A stretch of DNA of 64,000 nt, taken from Candidatus Sungiibacteriota bacterium. Lineage in GTDB: Bacteria; Patescibacteriota; Minisyncoccia; Sungbacterales; JACQCQ01. Made by a program: the position numbers and the translations under genes. This document shows, piece by piece, positions 55,144-64,000 of this stretch. Numbering within the stretch: the first letter of the stretch is position 1; each line of letters starts with the position of its first letter. The DNA lies in contig JACQCQ010000012.1 in assembly GCA_016201505.1 (NCBI GenBank), positions 10,187-74,186 on the forward strand, in the 5' to 3' direction. The notes beneath the pieces were generated by a model. That model was given only the letters and a program-made list of their open reading frames with translations, made no database searches and was not told where the DNA came from.

Positions 55144-55215
55144 AAGACTACAGTCCACAGTCTACTGACTACCACACGCTGTAGACCGTAGTCGGTAGTC
55201 TGTAGTCATCAAGAA
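55144..55215 (+). promoter_or_regulatory. infC-rpmI spacer with inverted-repeat motif block (gactacag ... ctgtagtc; GGTAGTCTGT family)
   Basis: gactacagtccacagtctactgactacc acacgc tgtagaccgtagtcggtagtctgtagtc, a long-range inverted repeat related to the ileS leader motif. Confidence 0.4.
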
Positions 55216-55407
55216 ATGAAAACCAGAAAATCCATCGCGAAGCGCATCAAAGTGACTTCGACCGGCAAATACTTGCGGCGCACTTCGCGCATCAATCATT
55301 TTAATGCCAAAAAGCGCAGTCGCACCCAACAGCGCGGCAAAGTCTCTCGTCCCATCGGCGTTGTCCATGAGCGCTATATCCGCCAAGCCATCGCGGCTCG
55401 GGCATAA
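55216..55407 (+). CDS. rpmI: 50S ribosomal protein L35
   Basis: 63 aa, highly basic: MKTRKSIAKRIKVTSTGKYLRR... Confidence 0.85.
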   Translation: MKTRKSIAKRIKVTSTGKYLRRTSRINHFNAKKRSRTQQRGKVSRPIGVVHERYIRQAIAARA

Positions 55408-55408
55408 C

Positions 55409-55446
55409 TATTTCCTATTTCCCATTTCCCATTTCCTATTTCCTAA
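55409..55446 (+). repeat. pyrimidine-rich microsatellite (ATTTCCY)n immediately upstream of rplT
   Basis: tatttcctatttcccatttcccatttcctatttcct; there is no purine-rich SD before the rplT ATG at 55450. Confidence 0.6.
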
Positions 55447-55449
55447 ACT

Positions 55450-55800
55450 ATGGTTCGAGTAAAACGCGGCACAATCGCCCATAAGAAACGCGAGAAGCTT
55501 CTTCGGTACGCCAAAGGCTACCGCTGGGGCCGGAAAAATAAAGAGCGGCAAGCGCGCGAGGCTTTGCTGCATGCTTGGACCTATTCATTCCAGCATCGAA
55601 AAAAGAAAAAGGGTGAATTCAGAGCCCTCTGGAACGCCAAAATTTCGGCGGCACTCGACGGCTCCGAGGTATCATACAGCCAATTTATCGGCGCGCTCGG
55701 CAAGAAAAAAATAGGTCTCAATCGCAAGATGCTGGCCACCATCGCCGAACATCATCCCGAGACATTTAAGCAAATCCTGGCTGAAGTCGCCAGAACCTAA
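55450..55800 (+). CDS. rplT: 50S ribosomal protein L20
   Basis: MVRVKRGTIAHKKREKLLRYAKGYRWGRKN..., a clear L20 match. Confidence 0.9.
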   Translation: MVRVKRGTIAHKKREKLLRYAKGYRWGRKNKERQAREALLHAWTYSFQHRKKKKGEFRALWNAKISAALDGSEVSYSQFIGALGKKKIGLNRKMLATIAEHHPETFKQILAEVART

Positions 55801-55802
55801 AA

Positions 55803-55830
55803 AGCCTCTCACGAGGCTTTTTAGGTTCAG
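55803..55830 (+). terminator. rho-independent terminator after rplT
   Basis: aaaagcctc tcac gaggcttttt. Confidence 0.7.
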
Positions 55831-55844
55831 TGCTATAATTAGAT
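55828..55844 (+). promoter_or_regulatory. extended -10 promoter (TGcTATAAT) 5 nt upstream of the guaA ATG (candidate leaderless transcript)
   Basis: gtgcTATAATtagatATG. Confidence 0.35.
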
Positions 55845-57377
55845 ATGATCACAGTACTCAACTTTGGCAGTCAGTTTGCACATCTTATCGCGCGAAGAAT
55901 CAGAAATTTCGGGGTCGCCTCCGAGATTTTGCCTTTCGATGCCCCCGTTGAGACAATTCTTGGCCTCAACCCGAGCGGAATTATATTATCCGGCAGTCCT
56001 GCATCGGTTTTGGAAAGCGGCGGTCCCCTCCCCGCTAAAAGAATCTTTGAACTTGGCATCCCGATTCTCGGCATTTGCTACGGCGAGCAATTGATAGCTC
56101 ATATGTTAAAAGGAAAAGTAGTAAAAGGCGCCCATCGAGAATTTGGCAAAGAAATGTTAATGATCCGAAAGAGAAGTAGCCTTTTTCAAGGTCTCTCGAA
56201 AACCGAAACAGTATGGTTTTCGCATGGCGATCAGGTCGCAAAAATGCCGCCGGGATTTATGAATACAGCAAGCACTAAAGGATGTGCCTACGCGGCATTT
56301 GAAGACCCCGAACGAAAATTATTTGGCATCCAATTCCATCCTGAAGTGACGCACACCAGGCACGGCAATCAAATTTTAGAGAATTTCGTATTCAAAATTT
56401 GCAAGGCAAGAAAAAACTGGAAACTAGAATCAGTAATTAAGGAGATAACTAAGAAAATAAAAGTGGGGGTCGGCACTTCCCACGTCGTTATTGGCATCTC
56501 CGGCGGCGTTGACTCGCTGGTGGCGGCAACACTTCTCTATCGCGCCATCGGAGATCAACTTCATGCGGTATTCGTGGATACAGGACTTCTTCGAAAGAAC
56601 GAAGTTGGTGAGGTCTCAACGACTCTCAAAAATCAGGGATTTAGAAATCTTCATGTCATTGATGCAAGTAAAATATTCCTAAAAAGGTTGTATGGAATCA
56701 AAGACCCAGAACAGAAAAGAAAAATCATTGGGCACACCTTTATCGAGATTTTTGAAAGAACCATTCAAACTAAATTAAAAAAATTCTCCATCAAATACTT
56801 AGCACAGGGAACAATCTACCCGGACCGGATTGAGTCAGCTCAAACTTCAAAATCAGCGGCAAAAATTAAAAGTCATCACAATCTGACGTTGCCGGAAAAA
56901 TTACACGTAAAAATCTTGGAGCCCCTAAAAGACTTATACAAAGATGAGGTGCGGGGAGTTGGACGTGAGATGCGCCTACCGCATGTCCTGTTATGGCGTC
57001 ACCCTTTTCCCGGACCGGGGCTTGGTATCCGCATTGTCGGCGAGATTACAAAAGCACGGCTCGAGATTTTACGCGAAGCCGACGCTATTTTTCTTAAAAT
57101 TTTGCAAGAAACCGGCGAATATCAAAAAATCTGGCAGGCGTTTGCCGTGCTGCTGCCGATAAAAACCGTCGGTGTGATGGGAGACGCCCGAACCTATGAG
57201 TATATGATCGCGCTCCGCGCCGTTGATTCGGTCGATGGCATGAGTGCCGATTGGCATAAAATCCCAAATGAAATTCTGGAGAAAATTTCATCGGCAATTG
57301 TCGGCAAAGTCCGCGGCGTCAACCGCGTGGTCTACGACATCACCCAAAAACCGCCGGCCACGATTGAGTATGAGTAA
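55845..57377 (+). CDS. guaA: GMP synthase (glutamine-hydrolysing)
   Basis: N-terminal GATase domain and C-terminal ATP-PPase with the SGGVDS motif. Confidence 0.95.
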   Translation: MITVLNFGSQFAHLIARRIRNFGVASEILPFDAPVETILGLNPSGIILSGSPASVLESGGPLPAKRIFELGIPILGICYGEQLIAHMLKGKVVKGAHREFGKEMLMIRKRSSLFQGLSKTETVWFSHGDQVAKMPPGFMNTASTKGCAYAAFEDPERKLFGIQFHPEVTHTRHGNQILENFVFKICKARKNWKLESVIKEITKKIKVGVGTSHVVIGISGGVDSLVAATLLYRAIGDQLHAVFVDTGLLRKNEVGEVSTTLKNQGFRNLHVIDASKIFLKRLYGIKDPEQKRKIIGHTFIEIFERTIQTKLKKFSIKYLAQGTIYPDRIESAQTSKSAAKIKSHHNLTLPEKLHVKILEPLKDLYKDEVRGVGREMRLPHVLLWRHPFPGPGLGIRIVGEITKARLEILREADAIFLKILQETGEYQKIWQAFAVLLPIKTVGVMGDARTYEYMIALRAVDSVDGMSADWHKIPNEILEKISSAIVGKVRGVNRVVYDITQKPPATIEYE

Positions 57378-57379
57378 GT

Positions 57380-58165
57380 TTAAATCGGCTTTCGAAAAAT
57401 AAGAGTTAAAAGAAAAATCGCCACACTTGAAAGAATCACCGCCGGGCCGGAGGCGATATGCATAAAATAAACGGCGGCCATGCCGAGCATAACCGAGATG
57501 GCCGCAAATATGACTGAAGCCGCGCCAAATTGCAGCAGGGTCCGCGCGATATTTTTGGCTGACGCCGCGGGAATAATGGTGAGGGTCCCCATTAAAAGTG
57601 TCCCCACAAATCGGATCCCGAGCGCCACAGAGCCCGCGAGCATGATGAGAAAAATCAGATTCGCGGTTTTCATTCTCCGTTCAGATACGTGGCCCAAATC
57701 GGGTGCCACAATTAAGAAAATCAGATTGCGCGAAAGAACAATCGTAACAAGCATCATAACGATTGAGGCGGCGACGATGATCCAGGCCTCAAGGGCGGTA
57801 ATTTGGGTTAGATTTCCGAACAAGGCTTCGAGTAAATCCGGTTCTGGCGTAAGCAATACCCCGGCGGCCAGACTGGCCGAAAACAAAACGCCGACAATGG
57901 CATCAGTCGGCAAATCCGTTCGACGTTCAATGCCGGAAATTAAAAAAGCGGCAAACAACAAAAAGGCGAAGGCCCCGACAAACGGATTAAGGTTAAAGAT
58001 AATGGCCAGCGCGACACCGGGAAGCGCAACATGCGACAGGGCGTCCGAGACGAGCGTCATGCGCCGCATGACCATGAACATCCCAAGAAATCCCGCGGCA
58101 ATGGCTACGGCCAGCCCGGCAATCAAACTATAGAAAAATCCGGAAGTTAAAAATTCAGTGCTCAT
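57380..58165 (-). CDS. metal (Zn/Mn) ABC transporter permease, ABC-3 family
   Basis: Eight-TM ZnuB/MntB-like ORF adjacent to an ABC ATPase. Confidence 0.8.
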   Translation of the reverse strand: MSTEFLTSGFFYSLIAGLAVAIAAGFLGMFMVMRRMTLVSDALSHVALPGVALAIIFNLNPFVGAFAFLLFAAFLISGIERRTDLPTDAIVGVLFSASLAAGVLLTPEPDLLEALFGNLTQITALEAWIIVAASIVMMLVTIVLSRNLIFLIVAPDLGHVSERRMKTANLIFLIMLAGSVALGIRFVGTLLMGTLTIIPAASAKNIARTLLQFGAASVIFAAISVMLGMAAVYFMHIASGPAVILSSVAIFLLTLIFRKPI

Positions 58166-58279
58166 ACCTGTCTAAGTTTTTGTTATTTTTGATCTAGTAT
58201 TTTTTATACGATCGTGAATAGATTACTAGCTGGGAAAAATGATTTGAATAAATACCGCCTAACAAAAATCTTTCGCGGG

Positions 58280-59002
58280 TCATACTTCATTCTCGTGTCC
58301 ATGCAAATGATGGTAATAGGTCGCCTCACCATACAATTTCTCAAGCTGCGCTTGCGTTAGCGTATCATGCGGCGCACCGGCGCAAATTAATTTCCTATTT
58401 AAGCAAAGGACTTTGGTCGCATATTTAAAGACTATATTTAACTCATGCGAAACAAGCAGAATGGTAATGCCCAGTTGATCCTGCAAGGAGTGCAGCAAAT
58501 TATAAATCGTCTGCTCACCGGCAACATCCACCCCGGCGGTTGGTTCATCAAACAGCAAAACATTCGGCCCGTCATAAATCGCCCAGCCAATTAAAGCGCG
58601 CTGCAGCTCGCCCCCGGAAAGTGTCCCAAGCCGCTCATCAATCGTTGACTCGGGCAGCTCCACCATCTTCAAATATTTTTTGATTTCTACATCAGCATTC
58701 GAAAATAAAAAATTGCCTTCATGCAGTTGGAAAAACTCACGGACACTTATCGGCGTCGTCCGATCAATCTGAAATCTCTGCGGCACATAGCCAATCGTTA
58801 CTCCTTTCCGCCAACGAATCTCGCCTTCATAGCGCATGAGACCCAAAAGGCATTTAAACAAAACCGTCTTCCCGGCCCCATTCGGCCCAATAATCGCCGC
58901 CGCGTCTCCTTCCTCAATCGAAAAGGAAATGTCCGAGAGTATCGCCTCTTTTAGAATCGTGACGTTTAAGTTTTTTACTTCCAAAATCGGCTCTTTATCC
59001 AT
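58280..59002 (-). CDS. metal ABC transporter ATP-binding protein (ZnuC-like)
   Basis: Walker A GPNGAGKT, the LSGGE signature and Walker B. Start taken at MDKEPILEV (59002). Confidence 0.8.
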   Translation of the reverse strand: MDKEPILEVKNLNVTILKEAILSDISFSIEEGDAAAIIGPNGAGKTVLFKCLLGLMRYEGEIRWRKGVTIGYVPQRFQIDRTTPISVREFFQLHEGNFLFSNADVEIKKYLKMVELPESTIDERLGTLSGGELQRALIGWAIYDGPNVLLFDEPTAGVDVAGEQTIYNLLHSLQDQLGITILLVSHELNIVFKYATKVLCLNRKLICAGAPHDTLTQAQLEKLYGEATYYHHLHGHENEV

Positions 59003-59501
59003 AGAATCTTGAATCAATCTTATCCTGAATATTCTTTTGAAAATAGCCTCGGTATTTTTCTTGAAGTTCCGGCAATTTCCAGTCGTTGCCGGTGATGACA
59101 CCTCGGCAATTTTTAGCTCCACAAAGGCATTCCATTGAATAATTAGGATCGTCATCAAACGTCCCATAATCAATTGTGACTTCTTCTCCGGGCAATATGT
59201 CTTGTAATGTCACTGACTCGTGGATAGAGAGTAACGAGGCAGTATTTGGATCGCATGAGTGATTTGTTAGCCATTCAGCCGAAGGATGATCGAAATCCTT
59301 CGGACAAAGGCAGTGATTTTCATCTATTTGAAAGCAGAGATCATAGCCGCGCTGGCCGGCGGCTTCAATTTCTTTGTTGGTTCGTATCACACCGTCAGGA
59401 ATATGAAAATGTTCACCTTTCTTAACTAACTCTTTGGCAAATACGCCCTGCCCTTTTTCTCCCGCATTACGAACTTCCATTTTGTAGTTTGAGTATTTCA
59501 T
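58995..59501 (-). CDS. SET domain protein (putative lysine methyltransferase)
   Basis: NHSCDPN and EEVTIDYG motifs, with a post-SET cysteine cluster CLCGAKNCRG. Confidence 0.75.
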   Translation of the reverse strand: MKYSNYKMEVRNAGEKGQGVFAKELVKKGEHFHIPDGVIRTNKEIEAAGQRGYDLCFQIDENHCLCPKDFDHPSAEWLTNHSCDPNTASLLSIHESVTLQDILPGEEVTIDYGTFDDDPNYSMECLCGAKNCRGVITGNDWKLPELQEKYRGYFQKNIQDKIDSRFYG

Positions 59502-61222
59502 TTCAGTATTTTCAGCATCTTCTCATACGGCAGTGTATTAATGATATGCTTTTTCTCGCACCAGCCGCGGCGGGCTTGGGCGATGCCATACTCCAATAGA
59601 CCGAAGTGACTGACAGCATGTGCGTCAGAATCAATCGAAAATAAAACTCCGGCCTCACGGGCTTTCATTATATGCTCGTCTTTTAAATCAAGCCGGTCGG
59701 GATAGCTGTTAATTTCTAAAATTGTTTTAGTTCGTTTAGCCGCTTTTATGATTGCCTCGATATCCAAATCAATCGGCTCGCGTTTTTGAATCAACCGCCC
59801 AGTCGGGTGAAACAATACATCAATATGCGGACTTTCCATGGCACGAATGAGACGTTTTGTTTGCTCAACTCGCGAAAGTTTGAAATGTGAATGAACGGCG
59901 GCCCCGACGCAATCGAGTTTTGCCAAAATTTCGTCTTTAATATCCAATCTTCCATCCGCCAAAATATTCACCTCCGCACCTTTTAAGACTTTGAACTTCA
60001 CGCTGCGACTTTGGAGCTCTTTATTTACCTTATCAATCTCCGCCATTTGTTTTAGAAGCTTCTTTTCATCCGACCCGCCGGTCATGGCGAGCGTTTTTGT
60101 GTGATCGGTAATCGCAATATACTCAAGTCCGCGCGTATGTGCCGCGAGCGCCATATCCAAAATCGAATCTTTGCCATCCGTCCAATCAGTTTGCGTCTGC
60201 AAATCACCCTTCAGGTCACCGTAACCAACGAGTTTTGGAAGTCTATGCCGGATGGCTACATCAATCTCGCCCAAATCCTCGCGCATCTCCGGCTCGACGT
60301 AGTCCATACCGAGTTTTTTATATAAATCCTCTTCTGTTCTGCCTGCGATTTGGTTTTTCGCTTTAAACAAGCCGTATTCGTTTAACTTCCAGCCTTTCTT
60401 GATGGCGATCTGACGCAAATGCACGTTATGGGCTTTCGAGCCCGTAAAATAATTGAGCGCGGCGCCGAATGATTTCTCTGGCACAACGCGAATATCGACT
60501 TGAATCCCGTTTTGCATAACAACTGATGACTTTGTCTCGCCATGGGCTAAAACATTGCGGACTTCAGGCAGGCCGACAACATAATCCATCACTTTCTTTG
60601 GTTCTTTTGAGACCACAAGCATATCCAGGTCGCCAATCGTCTCTTTCCATCTTCGGGCCGAGCCTGCAATCTCGACCCGATCAACTTCTTTTCGCTTCTC
60701 GAGTAAAATTTTAAGTCCCCGCGCATAGGGCAGCATATCACCCAATCGAAAACGTTTGCCCGACCCTTTTAAAAACTCGATGCCCTTTAGAATTTTCTCT
60801 TCCGATTTCTGGCCGAATCTCGGAAGCTTGGCAATTTTTCCGGCCCGCGCGGCTTTTTCCAAATCCGCCACATTTTTAATACGCAACTTCTGCCATAAAA
60901 CTTTGATGGCTTTTGGCCCAACGCCTTCGATCTCCCTCAAGGCCGAAATATCAGCCGGCAGTTTTTTCTTCATCCGTTCGTATTCACGAACGCGCCCCGT
61001 CTTTAAATACTCCTCCAGCTTGTCGGCGATGGCCTGGCCCACGCCGGGGATTTCAAGCAAGGCTTTCCTGCCGCCACGTTTGTATATATCGCTCAAATCC
61101 TCACCAAGCGCATTCACCGACTCATAGGCCCGCATATAGGCGCGCGGCTTAAACGGCACATCATCGGCCTCGAGCAATTCCGCGATCTCATATAAAATCT
61201 TCGACACTTCGCGATTTGCCAT
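59498..61222 (-). CDS. polX: family X DNA polymerase with C-terminal PHP phosphoesterase domain
   Basis: N-terminal HhH/Pol-beta-like region (GVGQAIADKL..., GSARR...GDLD) and a C-terminal PHP domain. Confidence 0.85.
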   Translation of the reverse strand: MANREVSKILYEIAELLEADDVPFKPRAYMRAYESVNALGEDLSDIYKRGGRKALLEIPGVGQAIADKLEEYLKTGRVREYERMKKKLPADISALREIEGVGPKAIKVLWQKLRIKNVADLEKAARAGKIAKLPRFGQKSEEKILKGIEFLKGSGKRFRLGDMLPYARGLKILLEKRKEVDRVEIAGSARRWKETIGDLDMLVVSKEPKKVMDYVVGLPEVRNVLAHGETKSSVVMQNGIQVDIRVVPEKSFGAALNYFTGSKAHNVHLRQIAIKKGWKLNEYGLFKAKNQIAGRTEEDLYKKLGMDYVEPEMREDLGEIDVAIRHRLPKLVGYGDLKGDLQTQTDWTDGKDSILDMALAAHTRGLEYIAITDHTKTLAMTGGSDEKKLLKQMAEIDKVNKELQSRSVKFKVLKGAEVNILADGRLDIKDEILAKLDCVGAAVHSHFKLSRVEQTKRLIRAMESPHIDVLFHPTGRLIQKREPIDLDIEAIIKAAKRTKTILEINSYPDRLDLKDEHIMKAREAGVLFSIDSDAHAVSHFGLLEYGIAQARRGWCEKKHIINTLPYEKMLKILK

Positions 61223-61376
61223 AGCTCTATGGTATCAACTTTTCTCCCCCTAAAAACAGCCGACCCACTGTTGACGGACTTCGCAAACGGCGGGTCGCGG
61301 TCAATTGTCATGTTGTCTCAACTCTACGCTATAGCGTAGAATGCATACAGTCGATCCAAAAAAAACGCGGGGCTCT

Positions 61377-62021
61377 TTAAAACAGCGACTGCATCGGCGG
61401 AGGTTCTTTTTTCTTTTCCGGGATTTTCTCTGGTTCGGCTGTGGCAGAAATTGTCGGTCCGCCAGCTGGCGGATGGCCGGTAATTAAATCCGGCAATCTT
61501 TTGAAACTCTCCTCTAATGTTTTCATAAACGCGCCTTGGCGGAGGGCGGCAGCGGGATGCAGCATAGGAATTACTTTTCGCCCTTGATATATAAAAACTC
61601 TTCCTTGGTCGCGCGAGATTTTGGCCTCGGGTAGAAAATAGTTCATCGAAAACCGGCCAAGCGGCACAATGGCTTTCGGATTTATGATTTCAATTTGGCG
61701 CGCCAGATATGGCTTGTAGGCCGCAATTTCTTCCGGCAGAGGATCGCGATTCTCCGGCGGCCGGCGTTTTACAATATTTGAAATATAAACATCTTTTCTA
61801 TCCCAGCCGACCATCGTAAGTAACTTATCAAGCAGTTTTCCCGCCATGCCGACAAACGGGCGGCCCAGGCGATCTTCATGGAATCCGGGCGCTTCGCCGA
61901 TAAACATGACTTCGGCGTCAGGACTGCCTTCGCCAAACACTAAGTTCGATTCACGAAGCGGCAAATTCCTATCGGCTGCGATTTCGGCCTCTAAATTTTT
62001 TAATTCATCGAGTTTCGCCAT
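61377..62021 (-). CDS. uracil-DNA glycosylase, family 4
   Basis: [23 protein letters not shown] and HPAA motifs. Confidence 0.85.
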   Translation of the reverse strand: MAKLDELKNLEAEIAADRNLPLRESNLVFGEGSPDAEVMFIGEAPGFHEDRLGRPFVGMAGKLLDKLLTMVGWDRKDVYISNIVKRRPPENRDPLPEEIAAYKPYLARQIEIINPKAIVPLGRFSMNYFLPEAKISRDQGRVFIYQGRKVIPMLHPAAALRQGAFMKTLEESFKRLPDLITGHPPAGGPTISATAEPEKIPEKKKEPPPMQSLF

Positions 62022-63151
62022 TATTTTAAAATTAATCCATACATCAGACCGAAAACAAACAAACCTATCAGCGCATCAGACAGAATCGAGTCATAGTGTT
62101 TCGGGATAATCGAGACGTGACGCAGACGTTTCCAGAGATATACGATGAAAATCCCTTCGGCGGCGATGGTAAACGACCCGATAAAACTGACAACCCGGAC
62201 AAAATCCGAGATGCCGATACCGTAGAGTAAAAATGGGGCAACGGCGGCCAAAAGCCAGGCGGATCGTTTTGGCAGGCCAAAATCAAATTGCAAGAGGCCG
62301 CGAAATGAAAGGCCGACGCCGCAATAAGCCGTTGAAGTGGATAAAAATCCAACCAGTGCTCCAAGCATGACGACACCGCTGCCGAACGTTGCGGCCAGAC
62401 CCGAAATCGCATCCCTTGAGACGCCATGCGGTGAAGCGCCGATGATTGAAAGAACAAATAAAAAATAAACGATGGCGGGAATAATGGTCCCGATGATAAG
62501 CACCTGTTTTAAATGAGTTTTATTTCTCCCCAGTGTGCGGGCCACGCGAGGGATGACGGAGACACCCGTCAGGGCAAATAAAATTGGGCCATACGGGGTG
62601 AGAATATTTGAAAGATTGATTTTGGCGATAAAATTAAAATCGGCATGCGTGAGACCGAGAATAATCAGAACCGCCATGAATATCAGGAGTAGAGTTGCCA
62701 GCGCACTGTCAATTTCTGTCGCCACCGCGGAATCATAGAAAAAGACGAAGAGCCCGAGGGTAAAATAAAACAGCAGTGCCGCCACTTCGGCTTGTGCGGG
62801 GAAAAACTGCGAGATCAAAAGGCCTAAGAATTTAGTGCCGAGAATGACGTAGACGACGAGGGCTCCCAACAGATTGAAGGTTGAGATGATAGACCCGAGG
62901 CGCACCCACTTCTTGCCCAAAATCATCTTTGCATAACCGGGCAACTGGTGCGAGCCTTGAACCGCCAGAATGACATCACCATACATGAGACTAATGGCTA
63001 TGACCGCGACAGTTAAAACCAAAAGCTCAATTGAGCCGAGCAAAAAACCCGCTTCAGAAAATACAAACGGCAGCGCAAAAACGCCAACACCGATGATGCT
63101 GCCGATGAATAATGCCAAAGCCTGAATAAATCGGCTCATACCCGGTGCCAC
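62021..63151 (-). CDS. amino acid permease (aromatic/Trp-Tyr permease-like), hypothetical
   Basis: 11-12 TM ORF with a transporter-like N-terminus; family assignment tentative. Confidence 0.55.
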   Translation of the reverse strand: MAPGMSRFIQALALFIGSIIGVGVFALPFVFSEAGFLLGSIELLVLTVAVIAISLMYGDVILAVQGSHQLPGYAKMILGKKWVRLGSIISTFNLLGALVVYVILGTKFLGLLISQFFPAQAEVAALLFYFTLGLFVFFYDSAVATEIDSALATLLLIFMAVLIILGLTHADFNFIAKINLSNILTPYGPILFALTGVSVIPRVARTLGRNKTHLKQVLIIGTIIPAIVYFLFVLSIIGASPHGVSRDAISGLAATFGSGVVMLGALVGFLSTSTAYCGVGLSFRGLLQFDFGLPKRSAWLLAAVAPFLLYGIGISDFVRVVSFIGSFTIAAEGIFIVYLWKRLRHVSIIPKHYDSILSDALIGLFVFGLMYGLILK

Positions 63152-63293
63152 AACTTTGAACAGTCGCCAAAAGCGACCGAGCAGGAGTGATCAACAATAA
63201 ACTGCACTAACCTTTTTTCTCGCATAGCCGTTGTTCACGAACGATTACTTTACATTCGAAGTTGCGGCGACCGGGCATGCGAAAAATAAAAAC

Positions 63294-63872
63294 TTACACC
63301 GCAGCCGCCTTGTCTTTTTGAATCAACTCCACCACGCGGCTAAGCAGTCGTTTGGGATCACTGTCGTAGACAATTTTGCCCGGCCCGCGATGCGATTTTT
63401 TAACAATCTCTTCAATTTCATCCGCCGCGCCGCCGGTGCCGGTGAGCACGCCGATGGGCTTATTATCTTCAAAGACGTCGGTAAATTCATTTAGGGTGCC
63501 GATGCGGCCGCAGGAAATTAGGACTGCGTCCGCGGTTCGCGTCATCAACAAGTTGCGTCCGGAGTAGCCGAATCCGGTGTACATAATCAGATCATGGAAC
63601 TCCATCGGCAATTTATATTTTTCTACATGCTCCCGTTCGGTTGAGGCCGGCGAAATGCCGACAACCAGCCCGTCCGCCTCTTTGGCCCCAATGGCGGCCC
63701 AAAAAGGTGCGCCGGTTGTCGCCCCGGTTATTAAAATATAGCCGCGAGAGGCGATCTCGTGACCCAAGCCTTTGGTTTTTTCGAGCGCATCCGGTGCGCA
63801 GTACCCCGTGTCCGCCGCCCCCGAGACAGCAATTTTCAATTTAACTTCCGACCGCGGTTTTGGTTCATCCAT
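63294..63872 (-). CDS. LOG/TIGR00725-like Rossmann-fold protein (SLOG superfamily)
   Basis: KIAVSGAADTG..., ILITGATTG...GR and VLTGTGGAADE patterns. Start taken at MDEPKP. Confidence 0.55.
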   Translation of the reverse strand: MDEPKPRSEVKLKIAVSGAADTGYCAPDALEKTKGLGHEIASRGYILITGATTGAPFWAAIGAKEADGLVVGISPASTEREHVEKYKLPMEFHDLIMYTGFGYSGRNLLMTRTADAVLISCGRIGTLNEFTDVFEDNKPIGVLTGTGGAADEIEEIVKKSHRGPGKIVYDSDPKRLLSRVVELIQKDKAAAV

Positions 63873-64000
63873 ATCGTTCTTACTATACCATACCAAAATG
63901 CTCCTCAACGTCGAACCACTATGCGATAAGATTTCGTTGCTTCAAGCGGGGCAGAACTTCTCCGCCAAAAATTGAGCCGATCTTCAGTTGATCGGGCGGG

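Overview
This window is a gene-dense, mostly housekeeping stretch of a small-genome bacterium, with about 48-50% GC and several local GC deviations. The reduced gene content and ribosomal proteins carrying insertions suggest a Patescibacteria/CPR-like lineage, but this is inference only.

By homology read directly off the ORF translations it contains:
- a str-operon fragment (fusA partial, rpsG, rpsL) with a GxxExxY gene inserted;
- rpmB;
- tRNA-Pro(GGG) and tRNA-Leu(CAA);
- a NUDIX hydrolase and an Ndk with an insertion;
- comEC, dprA, topA and rel;
- class II ribonucleotide reductase NrdJ next to a corrinoid adenosyltransferase;
- ftsA-ftsZ;
- ybeY, a YqeY-like protein, rpsU, a HIT protein, hisS, lepB, pth;
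- a truncated Mfd-like protein;
- pyrF, and a pyrE interrupted by an in-frame TAG;
- an ArsR-like regulator flanked by repeats;
- parB;
- a PAP2 phosphatase, folD, glyA, tsaC, leuS, tatD, metG;
- an AI-2E permease, an M16 peptidase, glyQS, a DUF11-like surface protein, recO;
- ileS carrying an inserted histidine-phosphatase domain, and argS;
- smpB followed by a tmRNA (ssrA) with a G3:U70 acceptor;
- infC-rpmI-rplT, guaA;
- a metal ABC transporter pair, a SET-domain protein, PolX, a family-4 UDG, a permease and a LOG-like protein.

The points of greatest interest are:
- an ~800-nt noncoding region (3911-4719) with two tandem, covarying structured-RNA domains, ending in a terminator hairpin immediately before a small membrane-protein gene;
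- a second GC-rich structured noncoding block (5860-6300) with RNase-P-like sequence islands;
- a family of three elements bounded by a 13-nt terminal inverted repeat, sitting at the ends of the competence genes comEC and dprA;
- a histidine-phosphatase domain nested inside IleRS;
- a roughly 63%-GC foreign-looking gene with its own terminator;
- an AT-rich islet encoding a retropepsin-like protease with a small partner;
- a shared leader motif upstream of ileS and rpmI;
- operator-like repeats flanking the ArsR gene.

No CRISPR array and no rRNA genes were seen.
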